In this document: positions 36,755 through 64,000 of the stretch, piece by piece
Layout: every line of letters begins with the position of its first letter
Position numbering within the stretch: position 1 is the first letter of the stretch
Assembly: GCA_033442325.1 (NCBI GenBank)
Contig: JAWQFM010000026.1
Coordinates: 852,926 to 916,925 of the forward strand
Direction of reading: 5' to 3'
Length of the DNA: 64,000 bases
Source of the DNA: Salpingoeca rosetta
Lineage: Eukaryota > Protista > Choanoflagellata
Made by a program: the position numbers and the translations under genes
The notes under the pieces: generated by a model
Told to the model about the DNA's origin: nothing
Seen by the model: only the letters and a program-made list of their open reading frames with translations
The model's database searches: none

Positions 36755-37538
36755 GTGAGTGACTGAGTGAGTCTGCAGGCACGTGTTTCTTGCTCACTGC
36801 TCACTGTACCATCCTATCCTTAAACCAATGTCGCCGTCATCATTTCAACAGAGATCTGAAGAGTGGAAATGTGCTGGTGTCGGCTCGGTTGCGTGCCAAG
36901 ATTACGGACTTCGGATCCATTCGCCAGTGCTTCACGCGTGGTGGTGGCAGTAGCAGAACACAAACCGCCCACAATCGTTTGTCATCCAGTTATGACGATG
37001 ATCCGGAGTACAGCCAGCAAGCTGGACTGCAGACGATGACGAGCATGACGCTGACGGCTGGTGTGGGCACGCCGCTGTACATGGCACCCGAGGCACTGAC
37101 GGGCGACAAATACAGCTTTGAGGCTGACATCTTCAGCTTTGGCGTGCTGATGTGGGAGGTGGCGACGCAGCGTGTGCCTGATTTGATTGAGCAGGAAAAG
37201 GGGAGCGGGTATCGGGGACCGATCCTCGCCACACTCTTCAACCTGATGGCAGATGGGAAACGGCTCACGTTTGAAGATGATGAACAAGATGGTGAGTTGT
37301 CTTGTGCATGCGTATGTATGTGGCGTGTTCGTGTGCGTGTGTGCTTGGATTACTTGCTTGAGCATCCTTCTCTCATCACACATATAATCACACAATCACA
37401 CACACATACACCCAAACACAAACACACTCATCCATAGCCATTCCCGAGTGGTTCCAGTCGCTGACGTACAAGTGCATGGCGCAGAACGCGCGTGAACGCC
37501 CATCCTTTGGAGAGCTCAAGGATCACCACCTTGCATGA
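32543..37538 (+). CDS. Leucine-rich-repeat receptor kinase (TKL group), interrupted by a solo LTR
   Basis: Signal peptide exon 32543-32692; exon 32982-36652 (with an insertion at 33331-33724); exons 36852-37291 and 37438-37538. LRRs of type LxxLxLxxNxIxxLPxxxF, a Cys-rich stalk, a TM helix (VVAAGSVLGGLFILVPVVLWLY), and kinase motifs GAFGTV, VAVK, HRDLKSGN, DFG and GTPLYMAPE. Confidence 0.9.
33331..33724. mobile_element. Solo LTR (394 bp) of an LTR retrotransposon
   Basis: Termini TGTTGTGA...TCACTACA (7/8 inverted match), flanked by a perfect 5-bp direct repeat CCGAC (33326-33330 and 33725-33729). Removing the element and one TSD copy restores the kinase frame (KLPRQLQW). Confidence 0.88.
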
Positions 37539-37723
37539 TTGCACGTTGTGCAAGTGTGCCTGTCAGTGTGTGTGTGTGTGCCTGCCAGTGTGTGTGTGTG
37601 TGCATGCGTGTCTGTTTTTGATTCCTGCATTACGTTCATGGTAGTCGTTTCTTCATCCGCCGTTGATCAAGATCATTGCCATCGTCCAGTCGTCCTTCGT
37701 CGTCGTCCACGCCATCAGCGCCA

Positions 37724-38169
37724 TGTTGTTCTTCCTCTGTTCTTGTTCCACTTTGTTGTGTCCTCGTTCTTGCCGTGTTCTTTGTCGTTTTCATCGTCAT
37801 TCTTAACCGTGAGATATGGCCCGTTCGTGTAGTTCCGTTTTCTCATTGACATTCAGCGAGACTGCGAGAGGTTTAGAGAGGTTCCATTGTTCCAAGAGAG
37901 GGAGAGAGAGAGAGAGTCGTGAAAGTGAAACGATCGAGATTAGCCGATTAGCCAGAGACAGAACTGAGCGCTTAAGTGCTCCCTGTGGTTTTCCAACAAC
38001 GAGACATGTGTAGTGCGTGTGCGTTTGAGCTGTTGAGGTTGGCCGAGGAAAGGAGGAACGAAGGAACGAAGGAAGAGCTAAAGAGCTAATGAGCACTTGC
38101 TTGACTTAATGCAAGCCTTCAAGAGTTCTAGAGTTCAAGCGAGAGCGCTCTTCTTGCCTTCTTGCAACA
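37724..38169. mobile_element. Possible second solo LTR (446 bp)
   Basis: TGTTG...CAACA termini, flanks GCGCCA/CCGCCA (1 mismatch in 6), composition unlike neighbouring DNA. Weak support. Confidence 0.3.
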
Positions 38170-38420
38170 CCGCCACACCACAACTTGCTTCCAGAAAAAC
38201 GGGCAAAGTCCGGAATAGTTGCGATATCTTCAACCACTTATCCGATCAACCACCTCGCTGACAAACAACACAGGTTGCTTCGCTTGCTTGTTGCTTGCTG
38301 CTTGTTGCTTGGAGTTGTGTTGTTGCTCGACGTTTGTGTTGTTGCTCGTCGCCGCGGCTCAGCAGTGTAGCAGCATCACTGGCTCTTCGCGCTGGCGCGT
38401 GAGACACTGCAACACCCGTC

Positions 38421-47335
<8,915 letters not shown>

Positions 47336-47520
47336 ACGAGCACCACCAGCACAGCACACTTTTGCCAGGCCATGCACCATGTTTGCCGTGTTTCTGTGGC
47401 GGCGTTCCAACAATTAAAGAAGATGACATCGTGTCATGCAACGAACATCCTGATGGCTGTTGTTGCCAAACGGAAGTTATTGTGCACCACAGCAGGCACG
47501 GAGCGAACACACCTCACGAC

Positions 47521-47561
<41 letters not shown>

Positions 47562-47770
47562 CCACAACCCAGTACTGCGTGTATTTATTTGAACGTGCTT
47601 GCAAACGAATTGGTTGAAGTCTGAAGCGAGCCATCGTCTATGAATCGAGTGTAACAGATAGCAACAAGCATGAAATGTAAAAACAACATCAATTCACATC
47701 TCGTAGAAACACGTAAACCTGCATCACCACCCCCTCACATCTCAAACGTTCTCCCACGCACTTCTCCCCT

Positions 47771-47876
<106 letters not shown>

Positions 47877-47960
47877 TCACTCACGCATCCAACTCAATCA
47901 ACAACTGCTGTCCTTCCTCCATCCCTGCATGTTCCCCGTCCCTCTTTCCCATTGTCACCA

Positions 47961-64000
<16,040 letters not shown>

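Overview
Intron-rich eukaryotic genomic DNA dense in microsatellites. The style (CA/TG-repeat introns, Piezo, ELAV, an SH2-like protein, an LRR receptor kinase) suggests a choanoflagellate such as Salpingoeca; this is inference. Most entries in the ORF track are microsatellite artefacts, so genes were rebuilt by hand from GT-AG exons. Left to right: TBP copy 1 (-, runs off the left edge); an SH2-like protein (+); a 3-RRM ELAV/Hu protein (+); SH3BGRL (-); an arylsulfatase lacking its 5' end and internal exons (-); a Nup214-like FG nucleoporin lacking its 5' end (+); TBP copy 2 with two insertions (+); an intronless alpha/beta hydrolase (+); a TM-TPR-ankyrin-JmjC (JMJD8-type) protein (-); an LRR receptor TKL kinase interrupted by a 394-bp solo LTR with a 5-bp TSD (+); mitochondrial Lon protease (+); and Piezo (-, runs off the right edge). 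There are four 100-N gaps. Most notable: a strand-polarised intron architecture (GU repeats near donors, complementary CA repeats near acceptors), the exonic solo LTR, the TBP paralog pair, and the membrane-anchored TPR-ANK-JmjC enzyme head-to-head with the LRR kinase.
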